Of a DNA stretch of 64,000 nucleotides, positions 18,538-31,033 are shown in pieces (within the stretch, counting starts at the first letter, position 1; each line of letters begins with the position of its first letter). The notes under the pieces are model-generated. The model was not told the origin of the DNA. It was given only the letters and a program-made list of their open reading frames with translations, and made no database searches. The DNA comes from an uncultured candidate division Zixibacteria bacterium. Its GTDB lineage: Bacteria > Zixibacteria > MSB-5A5 > GN15 > FEB-12. The stretch lies in contig OY760907.1 in the NCBI GenBank assembly GCA_963664195.1, positions 1,216,001 through 1,280,000 on the forward strand. The letters are read 5' to 3'. The position numbers and the translations under genes were made by a program.

Positions 18538-18715
18538 TGTACGAGGACGGACTTGAGTTGACACGTGCACAAAAAAAAGAGTGGCCGTTTACCTCTGAGA
18601 TAACAACAAATCAGGAGGTTGTAATGACCACTCAACAGAAACTCGTCCAGAAGAAACTTACCCTTCAGGAACCTGGCGAGTATCTTCAGAACCTGTCTGA
18701 AGTCTGCCGGCTCAG
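18538..18715 (+). mobile_element. IS481-family left end with truncated transposase start
   Basis: Terminus TGTACGAGGACGGACTTGAGTTGACA, then AGGAGG and MTTQQKLVQKKLTLQEPGEYLQNLSEVCR (from 18624), which resembles IS481 transposase N-termini; cut off at the aqpZ 3' end. Confidence 0.6.
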
Positions 18716-19392
18716 GTTGTTTTCTCGAACAACCCTTTCCAGACAACCGCAGCAATGACTCCACCTGCAATCGGCGCGACAATAAACAACCACAACTGGC
18801 CAAGTGCCTCGCCTCCGACCAATAGAGCAGGACCAAGACTCCGCGCCGGGTTCACGGAAGTGCCGGTGATGGGAATACCAATCATATGAATCAGCACGAG
18901 AGTCAGTCCAATGGCTATTCCGGCAAATCCCTCCGGAGCTCTCTCGTGAGTGGCGCCAAATATTACAATCAGGAAGACGAAGGTAAGAACCACTTCAAAG
19001 ATCAATCCCGACATCATCGAATACTGATCTGGCGAGTGCATTCCAAAACCGTTTTGCCCGAGACCGTTCACGGTACAATCATAGCCGATTTTACCATTGG
19101 CCATGGCAAGCAGGACGGCAGCGCCGATGATGGCTCCAACACACTGCGCCACAATATAGCCAACCGTGTCTTTGCTGCTGATCTTTCCAGCTACCCGCAT
19201 CGCCACAGTGATCGCGGGATTGATATGACAGCCGGAGATCGGCCCGATAGCGTATACCATCACAAGCACAGTTAAACCAAATGCGAGCGATATCCCCAAA
19301 AAGCCGATATGAGTGCCCGCCAGTACAGCACTCCCACAACCAAAAAGCACCAGCGCAAAGGTTCCGATCAGTTCTGCCAGATATTTCTGCAT
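18712..19392 (-). CDS. aqpZ: Aquaporin Z
   Basis: Two NPA motifs (ISGCHINPA and TSVNPARS) and AELIGTF. Confidence 0.95.
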   Translation of the reverse strand: MQKYLAELIGTFALVLFGCGSAVLAGTHIGFLGISLAFGLTVLVMVYAIGPISGCHINPAITVAMRVAGKISSKDTVGYIVAQCVGAIIGAAVLLAMANGKIGYDCTVNGLGQNGFGMHSPDQYSMMSGLIFEVVLTFVFLIVIFGATHERAPEGFAGIAIGLTLVLIHMIGIPITGTSVNPARSLGPALLVGGEALGQLWLFIVAPIAGGVIAAVVWKGLFEKTT

Positions 19393-19595
19393 TGCGTCTC
19401 CTTTCTTATACTAATGCGAGCCCGGTTCTTGAATCTGTCAATATTCTGGAAATCCTGTTGTCACCCCATCGTCAGCTCTGAGCAAAGCGAGTAACTAACT
19501 ATCTGCCGTCAGGAAACGGAAAGCTACTAAAACAAAGGCTGAGGCGTTTCAATATCGCAATTACTGTCACTGATCTCAGGTCGTCATTTATACAA

Positions 19596-19611
19596 GTTCC
19601 TATATAGGAAC
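19596..19611. promoter_or_regulatory. Perfect 16-bp palindrome upstream of fur-katG (candidate operator)
   Basis: GTTCCTATATAGGAAC, about 30 nt before the fur-family ATG. Confidence 0.55.
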
Positions 19612-19640
19612 CCTTCTACAATAACGTTGTTACACGTGGT

Positions 19641-22297
<2,657 letters not shown>

Positions 22298-22320
22298 GCA
22301 AAGAGACCATTTCTAATACG

Positions 22321-22353
22321 AGGGAGGTCGACCAGGTCGGCCTCCCTTATTCT
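22321..22353 (+). terminator. Intrinsic terminator after katG
   Basis: AGGGAGGTCGAC/GTCGGCCTCCCT stem followed by TATTCT. Confidence 0.6.
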
Positions 22354-22739
22354 GTCACCGGGCAATCACTAAATATGACAGAGACATACTGATTAGCGGC
22401 TCAACGCCAGGACTCTTATTTACACTTTCTGTGACCAAATTGCCATTGTCTTTGCCATCACAAATCGCTTGATCGGGAGTTGTTCACTCTCATTCTCCCA
22501 GAAGGCACGCGCCCGGCCGCGTTTTTTCACGAAAGCCTTCCTCAAACTCAAGACCGATTGCCATCACATCTCGATATCGGATATTCTAAAGAACAACGGG
22601 CATGCATCCGGCACTTGATGATTGCGCGATTTCTCAGTCTTTGACAATTGCCCCTGGAGTTGGCTGGCAGGAACAGGACTGGTGAAACCGTCGGACGCTA
22701 TTTCACGCCGACGGCATGACACTCCATGCCCCGCTTTCC

Positions 22740-23564
22740 TCAGTTGTCACCCTCACTCAAGTGCTTCTGGATTTTGCCCAGAGTCACTTCAAAAGCAGTG
22801 GGAATTGCTGCGCTTAGTTCCACCTCGGTCTCAATTGATTTCAAGTTGGAACGCACCACAAAGACCTTGTCGCTCAAGGTGACCATTATCTGCACGTGAT
22901 ATCGCCTGGGCCGACTCGGACTGGGGCCGATTATCACGGCCCGACAATAGAGGATTTGATCGTGGATCATATTGAGAATCGAAGCGGATTCTCTGACTTT
23001 GTCCCTTATATGCTCCACCGGCTCCATCTTGTCAAAAACCACATCGACCGGGATTTTGACCACCGGCGTGGCCTTTAACGCTTTGGGCTGCCAGTTATGC
23101 CCGAGATTCGAATCGAGGACCAGTATTTCTCGTATGCGATTGATGAGTTCTTCGATGTCAAACGGCTTGTCAAACATACCGGCCGCACCCAGTTCTTCGG
23201 CCTCCCGGTGTACCTGATCGCTTCCAAATGCCGTGATCAGAATCATCGGTACGAACCATTCGGTCTCATGGATGCCCTCAAGAATCTCCAGCCCGGTAAC
23301 ACCCGGCATCCGAATGTCGGAAACGATCAAATCGAAGTCATCCGGGGTACCCGAGAGAATAGGGTTTCCGAGATGGTCAAGCAGATCCCAGCCATCGCTA
23401 CATTCCACTGTGTCGAACCCCGCCTTGCGGAGGTTCCACGCCAGCAGTCGACGCATTTCGGGATCATCCTCAGCAACTAATATGCGAGGCATCCGTCGCA
23501 GTGACGGCTTGACAACAGCTGCCTGGCGGCTCGGATCACTCGCAGTACTCATTTCAGTATTCAT
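22740..23564 (-). CDS. Response regulator receiver fused to an HPF/RaiA-like domain
   Basis: REC motifs ILVAEDD, VSDIRMPG, ITAFG and FDKPF. The C-terminal KIPVDVVFDKMEP...ILYCRAVI...YHVQIMVTL resembles HPF/sigma54-modulation proteins. Confidence 0.7.
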   Translation of the reverse strand: MNTEMSTASDPSRQAAVVKPSLRRMPRILVAEDDPEMRRLLAWNLRKAGFDTVECSDGWDLLDHLGNPILSGTPDDFDLIVSDIRMPGVTGLEILEGIHETEWFVPMILITAFGSDQVHREAEELGAAGMFDKPFDIEELINRIREILVLDSNLGHNWQPKALKATPVVKIPVDVVFDKMEPVEHIRDKVRESASILNMIHDQILYCRAVIIGPSPSRPRRYHVQIMVTLSDKVFVVRSNLKSIETEVELSAAIPTAFEVTLGKIQKHLSEGDN

Positions 23565-23620
23565 GGCTGTTCTCCTATACGTTCTGCAGGTTCACACTAA
23601 AATCTTCTGACCAAGGTCCA

Positions 23621-23636
23621 AGCAAGGAGCGTGCCG
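23621..23636 (-). promoter_or_regulatory. Sigma54 (-24/-12) promoter for the REC-HPF gene
   Basis: Minus strand CGGCACGCTCCTTGCT (GG-N10-GC). Confidence 0.75.
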
Positions 23637-23775
23637 CGTCATGTAAGTCTGTCCGGTACAAGCGATTAGATAATCTTAGCGTGCTTCTGAGCAGTCACTA
23701 TGATGTGGCATTCTGCCCCACCGGGGCAATAGGCTACAGTCTCGACATGAGATAGTCTGTGGAGATTGAGTCTGA

Positions 23776-25158
23776 TTATTCTCTGTTCGGGGAGCTGTTG
23801 TCGGACATGCCGTATTTCTCAAGCTTGCGATAGAGCGTTTTTCGATCCATCCCGAGGATATTCGCGGCAGTAGTCTTATTGCCGCCGACAGCGGAGAGGA
23901 CATGAGTGATGTAGCGACGTTCCAGTTCATCCATAGTCACGAGTTCATGCGGCTCGTTCGACATGACCATCAGGTGGGTCTGTTTGTAGCCGGCAATCCT
24001 CCCCGGTAAATCGTCCGGTCCCAGCTTATCATGCCGCGTGAGAACGACACCGTGCTCGATACAGTTTCTTAGCTCCCGAACGTTTCCCGGCCAGGGATAC
24101 GACAACACTCTCTGGATAAAAGGCGCTGTTAGACCCGTGACCTTCTTGCCCGTAACCGATGCAAACTCTTTCAAGAATTGCTCCGCCAGGAGAATCACAT
24201 CGTTACCTCGCGACCGCAAGGGTGGAAGAGCCATTTGAATGACGTTGAAGCGGTAGAAGAGATCCTCACGAAAACTCCCGCGAGTAACCATTGATTCGAG
24301 GTCCCTGTTGGTGGCCGCAATAATGCGCACATCAAAAGGGATTTCCAGGCTGTCACCCAACGGACGGACCTTTCGCTCCTCTATGGCACGCAGTAGCTTT
24401 GGTTGCAAGGACAGAGGCAAATCGCCGATCTCATCAAGCAGCAATGTGCCACCATCGGCCTGCACAAACAGACCCTCTCGGTCGGAATGAGCGTCAGTGA
24501 AGGCACCCTTGCGGTGACCAAAGAGCTCGCTTTCAATCAGGGTCTCCGGGATGGCCGAGCAATTCATAGCCACGAACGGGGCGTCCTTGCGATGACTGTG
24601 ATGGTGCAGAGCGCGGGCGACAAGTTCTTTTCCGGTTCCGGACTCGCCGACAATCAATACCGAAGAGTCGAGGTCGGCCACTCGCTTCATCAGCTCGAAC
24701 ACTTGTTGCATTGCCGCACTGGCCCCTATTAGACCATCAAACCCCTTCGGCCCCTTCACGGTTTCGCTGAGAATTCGGATGCGCTCCAATAGCTGACGGT
24801 GCTCGATCGCGCGACGAAGCAGCAGTGCCAGAGTGTCAATATCAATCGGCTTGCTCACAAAATCGTAAGCCCCGGCTCGCAGGGCCGCGACGGCGGATTC
24901 CATGCTGCCAAAGGCAGTGACTACAACAACCGGAATGTCGGGGCGGATACTGACAAGGCGGCGACACAATTCCAAACCGTCTTCTCCGGGCATTTGAAGA
25001 TCTGTAAGAACTACATCATACTCCTCTTGAGCGAGAATGACATCCGCTTCCCGCGCCGATGTTCGCCAACTGATCTCGAAATCCCTTCGCTTCAAACCGG
25101 CTTCAAGCATCTCACACATGCTCTGATCGTCGTCGATAACTATGATACGCCCCTTCAT
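23776..25158 (-). CDS. Sigma54-dependent response regulator (NtrC/AtoC/ZraR family)
   Basis: REC domain, GESGTGKE, GAFTDA, WPGNVREL and Fis-type HTH. Confidence 0.93.
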   Translation of the reverse strand: MKGRIIVIDDDQSMCEMLEAGLKRRDFEISWRTSAREADVILAQEEYDVVLTDLQMPGEDGLELCRRLVSIRPDIPVVVVTAFGSMESAVAALRAGAYDFVSKPIDIDTLALLLRRAIEHRQLLERIRILSETVKGPKGFDGLIGASAAMQQVFELMKRVADLDSSVLIVGESGTGKELVARALHHHSHRKDAPFVAMNCSAIPETLIESELFGHRKGAFTDAHSDREGLFVQADGGTLLLDEIGDLPLSLQPKLLRAIEERKVRPLGDSLEIPFDVRIIAATNRDLESMVTRGSFREDLFYRFNVIQMALPPLRSRGNDVILLAEQFLKEFASVTGKKVTGLTAPFIQRVLSYPWPGNVRELRNCIEHGVVLTRHDKLGPDDLPGRIAGYKQTHLMVMSNEPHELVTMDELERRYITHVLSAVGGNKTTAANILGMDRKTLYRKLEKYGMSDNSSPNRE

Positions 25159-26624
25159 GCTCTCTCCCCGATCGGCAGGTAAACTGTAAATGTTGTGCCT
25201 TCGCCCTCAGTACTTTGGACCGTCAACCAGCCGCCGTGATCCTTGACAATGCCGTGAGCTATAGACAGTCCGAGACCGGTACCTTCACCCACTTGCTTGG
25301 TGGAGAAGAACGGTGTGAAAACTCTGTTCAGGTTTTCCTTGGCAATCCCGACACCTTCATCTAACACGTCGACATAGGCGTATTCGGATGTTGCGCCACC
25401 GTGATCTGCCGGCGGGTCCGCAGATCTCTGACCGCATCGAACAGTGATTTGTCCCCCATCCTTCATCGCGTGAATGGCATTGACAATGATATTCGATAGC
25501 ACTTGTTGAATCTGACCAGTATCGATTTTCACGTGCGTGGTCTCGTCGCCAGGCGCCAGGATGAGATCGATATTGTCCTGGGCGGCAATGGGAGTGAGCA
25601 GGTGAACTACATTGTTGATCGGGTTAAGCAATGCTTCCCGGTTCTTCTCCACTGACTTGCTTCGCGCGAAGTCCAATAACTGGCGGATGATACCGGTCAT
25701 ACGTTCTGCCTGATTCTGAATCACTACCGCACTGTCCAATACCTCTGGCTGCTCCATTTCCTCGCTTGATATCATTTTCGCACGACCGGCAATTACATTT
25801 AGAGGCGTCCCCAGTTCATGAGCCAATCCTGACGCGAGCTTGCCTACCGTAGCTAAACGCTCGGCATGGCTGAGTTGCTCCATGGCAGACAATCGCCCGG
25901 AGGTCTCTTCTTCGAGCCGGTCCTGGGCAAACCGAAGGTCCTTCACCATTGTGTTGAAGCCGAGTGCAAGCTCGCCTATTTCGTCATTCAGATGTTCGAG
26001 GTTGCTGTGGGCAGTAAGGTCTCCCGTACCAACCGCACGAGCCTGATCGACCAGACTATGAACGGGGCGTCCCACAAGGCGAATTCCCAACCACCAGACA
26101 AGACCGCCGCCGACAAACAGAAACGCAACGAAGAGTGCTATCTTGCGAATTATGGTATTGCGAATGTAGCTCCGCATCGGAGCCAGCGGTTGAGAGAGCT
26201 CCAGTGCCGAAAGCCGGGCGCTGTCTACCCGGACCGGAAAGTATGCCAGGTGGTAGTCCGAACCGCGGTAAGAATACTCAGGGAAAAGCAATTCCTGTTC
26301 GCGCTGCAAAGGTGCCAGGTCCTCGATGTTCGCTCGAGGGGCCGAGGGATCATCCGGGGGCACATCAAACCATACCCAACGCACCTGAACCAGCCGCTCG
26401 GATCGATTGGCGTCCTCAATGATACTCTCCACCCGATCGCGGCCATTAGATTTCCAGATGTCCGCGACGGAACTGGCGAGGACGCTTCCCACTAGATACG
26501 CGTGGAGATTCATGTCGGCACGGAAGAGCTCAACTTCTCGCTGAACAACAAGATAACTGTGGAGAGCAAGAAGCATTGCGACGACCAACATCACCGCCGC
26601 CATGATCTTGAATGTCAATTTCAC
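25155..26624 (-). CDS. HAMP-domain membrane sensor histidine kinase
   Basis: AHELGTPL H-box, NAIHA, DEGVGI, PFFSTK and GTGLGL. Confidence 0.93.
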   Translation of the reverse strand: MKLTFKIMAAVMLVVAMLLALHSYLVVQREVELFRADMNLHAYLVGSVLASSVADIWKSNGRDRVESIIEDANRSERLVQVRWVWFDVPPDDPSAPRANIEDLAPLQREQELLFPEYSYRGSDYHLAYFPVRVDSARLSALELSQPLAPMRSYIRNTIIRKIALFVAFLFVGGGLVWWLGIRLVGRPVHSLVDQARAVGTGDLTAHSNLEHLNDEIGELALGFNTMVKDLRFAQDRLEEETSGRLSAMEQLSHAERLATVGKLASGLAHELGTPLNVIAGRAKMISSEEMEQPEVLDSAVVIQNQAERMTGIIRQLLDFARSKSVEKNREALLNPINNVVHLLTPIAAQDNIDLILAPGDETTHVKIDTGQIQQVLSNIIVNAIHAMKDGGQITVRCGQRSADPPADHGGATSEYAYVDVLDEGVGIAKENLNRVFTPFFSTKQVGEGTGLGLSIAHGIVKDHGGWLTVQSTEGEGTTFTVYLPIGERA

Positions 26625-26878
26625 TTTCAGTCCCTCTTACCACGGTATGTTGGCAAACTACTCCTAACAGTGCAGTAGTCGCAACCGATGCAACATATTT
26701 GATACACGCAAAGAGTAGAAAGGATTGAGCTTATGTAATGTACCTTGCCCGGCAGATGAGTAGATGAACCCCCTGGATATATGATGATGGAGGTGAGCGT
26801 CGAACCCCATGCTCGCGTTGTGGCACAGAGACTTACATCGTAGCGTGGCCAAACAGCGACCGTTTTCTTGCTCTACCT

Positions 26879-27733
26879 TCACTTCGTATTGGCTTCGAAG
26901 AAGTCTCTAAGCCTCTCTTCCCCGTAAGGCGGAGCAACCCCATCCATACTCAAAGCCGTCATAAGGAATTCAATCGGACCGTAGGTCCGTGATGACGTGA
27001 ACGTTCTCATAGACCAGAGAATCAGATTCTTTATCCATAATGGCATGCATGAGATTCTTGCGTCCCTGTGTACAGTGTCGAATGCCAGCTTAGCGATCTC
27101 TCTGTGAGTGAACGTCTCAGGACCACCAACATCGATCTCCGTCTCCGAACCAGAAAGAGCGTCAACACACACCTTGGCGAGATCCTTCCCATGAATTGGA
27201 TTGATGCGATATTCCCCGGATCCGAAGAGGTTCACCTTGCCCTTCTTGGCCATCGTAAGAAACTCCAGCATGTCCGAAAAGAACCCCGTGGGACGTATGA
27301 TTGTGTAATCGAGCTCTGACTGCGCCAGTTCTCCTGCAAACCGCTCCTTCGCCTGGATGATCTTCAGATCCTGCATCAAACGAGCATTGAAGACGGAGAC
27401 GTACATCAACTTGCGCACACTGGCGTCCCGGGCACAATCCAACAGATTTCTGTTGCCCTGATAGTCAACATCCATGTAGGTAAATCCGTCCTTCTGGCGG
27501 GTGATACCCACGGCGCTGATGACGTAGTCGATGTCCTTGCAGGCTCCGGAAATGGAATCAGGTTTTGTGACTTCGCCAACGAACATGTCATCGATGTGTT
27601 CGCCCAAGTGTGCAAGCTTCTCAGCGTCTCTGGTAAGAGCGCGCGCCCAATAGCCCTGCCTCCTGGCTTCCTTGACGAGGAATCGTCCCAGATAGCCTGT
27701 AGCCCCGGCAATGAGGATCTTCCTGTCGTTCAT
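26879..27733 (-). CDS. Atypical SDR/NmrA-like NAD(P)-binding oxidoreductase
   Basis: ILIAGATGYLG, VDYQGN and IRPTGFF; start moved to MNDRK. Confidence 0.85.
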   Translation of the reverse strand: MNDRKILIAGATGYLGRFLVKEARRQGYWARALTRDAEKLAHLGEHIDDMFVGEVTKPDSISGACKDIDYVISAVGITRQKDGFTYMDVDYQGNRNLLDCARDASVRKLMYVSVFNARLMQDLKIIQAKERFAGELAQSELDYTIIRPTGFFSDMLEFLTMAKKGKVNLFGSGEYRINPIHGKDLAKVCVDALSGSETEIDVGGPETFTHREIAKLAFDTVHRDARISCMPLWIKNLILWSMRTFTSSRTYGPIEFLMTALSMDGVAPPYGEERLRDFFEANTK

Positions 27734-27959
27734 GTCGATTCTCCCAGATCGGTCGTGTGGACAGGAAGATACTGCTTCCCACGCCTTAACATCAACAAAA
27801 GCTGATTCGTTTGTCTGGGCGATGGCTTCGCTATGACCGCATCGTGACCGACGCGGTGTCGCGTCACTCGGCATGTTGGACATGTAGGTAGACAAAGGTA
27901 CGGGTCAGAGAGACAGCGCACTGCCCGCCCCGAAAGCTGCACCATTGTAGCTGGCAATT

Positions 27960-27980
27960 TGGTGGAAGTGGGGGGAAACG
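27960..27980 (-). repeat. Displaced copy of the tmRNA 3' end (att site)
   Basis: TGGAAGTGGGGGGAAACG (27963-27980) versus TGGAGGTGGGGGGAATCG (43483-43500) is 16/18 identical in the same orientation; this copy ends in TCCACCA on the minus strand. Confidence 0.7.
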
Positions 27981-28272
27981 GCAAAGGGGTGTTTTCGCAA
28001 CTTTTTGAGCGTCACCCACTTACCATATAACTCGCTGGACCACAGCGAATGTCAGCCTTTATTTGGTTTAGTTTGGTCGGACTGTCGGAGAGTGTTTTTC
28101 ATTCGCAATGGCACAAATCTGGCACAACATTCTATGGACGTGAACCCACATTTGTTATTATGATAACCCATACTTTTGTGCCACAAATGTGTCCTCTGAT
28201 ATACGACTTTGTTAAGCTATTACTCCAGTTTTCATTGCATTTCTTTTTTGCATAATGGGCGGGAGGAGGGGG

Positions 28273-28417
28273 AATCGAATATACAACATGACCGCTTACA
28301 CAAAAATACTTACACGCCCCGGGACAAGGCAGCAAATACCGTTCAGTACACATCATGTTTGAGGGAAGAATCTGACAACTGTGAAAAGGTCGCTTACACA
28401 AAATTCTGTACAGACCC
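28273..28417. mobile_element. Two orphan ends related to the IS256 element at 60975-62281
   Basis: 28273-28320 is a near-identical reverse complement of the IS256 left end; 28351-28417 is a near-identical copy of its right end (...CATCATGTTTGAGGGAAGAATCTGA...CTGTACAGACCC). Confidence 0.8.
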
Positions 28418-28450
28418 TCCGGTCCTCGGATGGGCTACCGGCTTTCACAA

Positions 28451-28501
28451 TGGCCGGTTTTAACCTGACCCCCACTGGCCGGTTTTGCCCGACCGATGAC
28501 A
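28451..28501. mobile_element. IS21-like terminal fragment
   Basis: Two TGGCCGGTTTT subterminal repeats and a terminal ...GACCGATGACA. Confidence 0.5.
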
Positions 28502-28517
28502 TTTTGGATCGTTCTCA

Positions 28518-30977
28518 TTACAGTGGCTGGAGTCTTATCGTTAATGATCCACTTGGACTCGCCTGATCACTATAGCTTGCATTTCTAGGTGGAATAGACT
28601 GACTCATACTGTGTATCTGGCGGAACCTAATCATATGATTGCCCTCTGTCAATACACCCTGCCAGGTGCCATCATTTACAATGAATTCCGTATAATCAGG
28701 CCCCCACAATATGTCACTTAATCCAAAATCTGATTCAGGTGCGCTTGAATATTCAACTGTTACCAAAGCATTACCTGTCACTCCAAAAAAGAAGCTTCCA
28801 TCAATTATGAAATAGGACGTAACAACTCCAGCGTTGTGATATCCTTCATCCCCCACACTATAACCGATACCTTGAGACATTGTAAATGTTTCTGTCATAG
28901 TAATTTCATTTCCTGCGCTATCAATTGTCAAATGGCAATCATAACCAAGATTACCAATTGCTGAACCTCCCTCAAAACTACTACTAAGGGCATATGATTC
29001 TCTCATCTGATTATCATAACTGTCACTTGAGTGATAGTATTCCTGTAAATGCCATTCTGTTTTACGATAGACGGTATCTGCTTGAGCTATAGCTTTAAAT
29101 GCTCCACCAAACCCAACCCCATCAATAGAGCTGTCATTACCTTCTTTTGTTGCTATTACTATTGTATCGCTTTGAGAATTGTATTCACCATACGCAAACA
29201 CATGTACAGATACAGCCTCTGCTGTAGAATCTATCGTAACCATAGTGCTAAAATAGCCCGAAGCATCAGTATATCCGGTTGTTGTACTTACAGTACCACC
29301 CGAAACTGTCAAATTTATTTGTATTCCTCCAGTCCATCGAGAGGTTCCGTTAGTATTAAAATAACCGGCGTGAATACCCAACAGATTCGCTCCACCTTCC
29401 GGAATAGTATTGGCAAAGTCTGCCTCTAAAGCTAAATCAGGAACCACAGTTACCGTATCAACATTGCTGGTGTAATAATCATAACCAAACGCTCCACCGG
29501 CATATCCGGCGGCGGCAAGAACAGAGTGAATGAGCGTATTTGGCCCCGAAGTCTGGGTGGCTATCATCAGCGGTGCTTTACCCGTCGAGTCTTTTGCCAG
29601 CCCATTAATACTGCCGGTGATCGGTTCGATTTTGCTCAGAGCCGGCGATATCAAATCAACGAGGCTGGGGTTTTGAACTAGAATCGAGTCATAGGTAATG
29701 ACTGGCAAAGAGGCATCAAGCATGGTGGGAGCATTAAAATGTGTCCCCAGAAAGTTGTTTATGACACCAAGGAACCACCTGGTTAGTCCCTCGGCGATTT
29801 CATAGACATTTTGCGGCAAGTATCTCCGAACCGCTCCCAGATGACTGATCCAGTCAGCCAAGTTCATGGCGTTGATGACCTGCGTGACAATGTCGAGTGG
29901 CGTTATATTGGGAGGAGTGTTCTTCGCGGAGATGTATACGATGGCTTCGGTCGTGTCCCCCGACTCTATTTCGTGCTCCATAAAGTCAAGTTCGAGCGAG
30001 GTTACTTGAGATGGGAGTAAAGCCAAAGCGATCTTGTTAAAGATAAAATCCAATTCGGCGACCACAAAACTAACGATGAATTCTATAGCCCCCAGCGGTG
30101 GGTAAGCAACACCCGCACATCCAAGTACCGCTGAATAAGAATTCCACTCCAACGCCGTTTGACCTATTACCTGTGAAGAAAACCCTTCCAGCAGGCTATA
30201 CATCTGCATTCGATACGCCAGCCCCTCGTCGTCGATAGTTGCGGTGCTCAGACTGCTGGCATTATACTTGGCCACAGCCTGTTCCATGGTCTGTAAACCA
30301 CCTGACCAGGTTGAAATCATGTCAGACATACCGGTTGATACCAGCAGGGCCGAAAACAACTCATTGGGCAGCGGATCACCATCCACGATCGGCGATGTGC
30401 CATTAATAATGGCAGTCAGCGAGTTGTCACCAGTAACCAACATCTCAGTCATTGACCCGCAGACGGCCTGAAGCAGTGTATCCTGAATATTCAGCGACAG
30501 ACTGATCTGCCGGATTGCGTCAGCTCCCTGAACCAGGGCCTGTATCAGACTATCGGTAGCGCCATCGGCATGAGGCAATGAATCGACGGTAATCAAGCCA
30601 AAGGCAGTATCAACAGCGACACTATCAAGATACAACATGACATCAAGAGGCGCTCCGGAAGCCATTGGCCAGGTTGAGTCCGTAGACGAAAACAGGAGTG
30701 GAATAATAGTGTAGTTGGAGGAGTCTGTTTGTATGATAGGTACCGATGCCTCCCCGATACTCAGGCTCCAGAAACCATCGCCCGGCAAAGCTGGCAGGTT
30801 CTTCATCTCGATAGGCGTTCCCGGAGGTCCGGAATCGGGTTCGAAAACAACATTTTGAAGTAGATTTGTATGACCTGATTCATTTGACAAAACGGGATTG
30901 TCATCGCCACAGGACAAAGATATTGAAGTCGCAATTAACAGACTAAAAACCATCACAACATAACTATTTGTTCTCAT
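28518..30977 (-). CDS. Large hypothetical lipoprotein with a probable Ig-like region
   Basis: 819-aa ORF with lipobox SISLSC; TVSGGTVSTTTGYTDASGYF resembles a Big-1 domain; the 3' third is AT-rich. Confidence 0.65.
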   Translation of the reverse strand: MRTNSYVVMVFSLLIATSISLSCGDDNPVLSNESGHTNLLQNVVFEPDSGPPGTPIEMKNLPALPGDGFWSLSIGEASVPIIQTDSSNYTIIPLLFSSTDSTWPMASGAPLDVMLYLDSVAVDTAFGLITVDSLPHADGATDSLIQALVQGADAIRQISLSLNIQDTLLQAVCGSMTEMLVTGDNSLTAIINGTSPIVDGDPLPNELFSALLVSTGMSDMISTWSGGLQTMEQAVAKYNASSLSTATIDDEGLAYRMQMYSLLEGFSSQVIGQTALEWNSYSAVLGCAGVAYPPLGAIEFIVSFVVAELDFIFNKIALALLPSQVTSLELDFMEHEIESGDTTEAIVYISAKNTPPNITPLDIVTQVINAMNLADWISHLGAVRRYLPQNVYEIAEGLTRWFLGVINNFLGTHFNAPTMLDASLPVITYDSILVQNPSLVDLISPALSKIEPITGSINGLAKDSTGKAPLMIATQTSGPNTLIHSVLAAAGYAGGAFGYDYYTSNVDTVTVVPDLALEADFANTIPEGGANLLGIHAGYFNTNGTSRWTGGIQINLTVSGGTVSTTTGYTDASGYFSTMVTIDSTAEAVSVHVFAYGEYNSQSDTIVIATKEGNDSSIDGVGFGGAFKAIAQADTVYRKTEWHLQEYYHSSDSYDNQMRESYALSSSFEGGSAIGNLGYDCHLTIDSAGNEITMTETFTMSQGIGYSVGDEGYHNAGVVTSYFIIDGSFFFGVTGNALVTVEYSSAPESDFGLSDILWGPDYTEFIVNDGTWQGVLTEGNHMIRFRQIHSMSQSIPPRNASYSDQASPSGSLTIRLQPL

Positions 30978-31033
30978 ATTTATCTTCTTCCATTTGTACG
31001 TCTTCAGACAATTCGGGCAGGTAGAGTTGAAAG

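Noticed and set aside
18327..18836. ORFs 18327-18758 and 18333-18836
   Set aside because: They are composites of IS481 remnant and aqpZ sequence read in other frames.
28109..28124. Sigma54-like TGGCACAAATCTGGCA
   Set aside because: No gene lies downstream on that strand; it is better read as a tandem GGCACAA motif near the att site.
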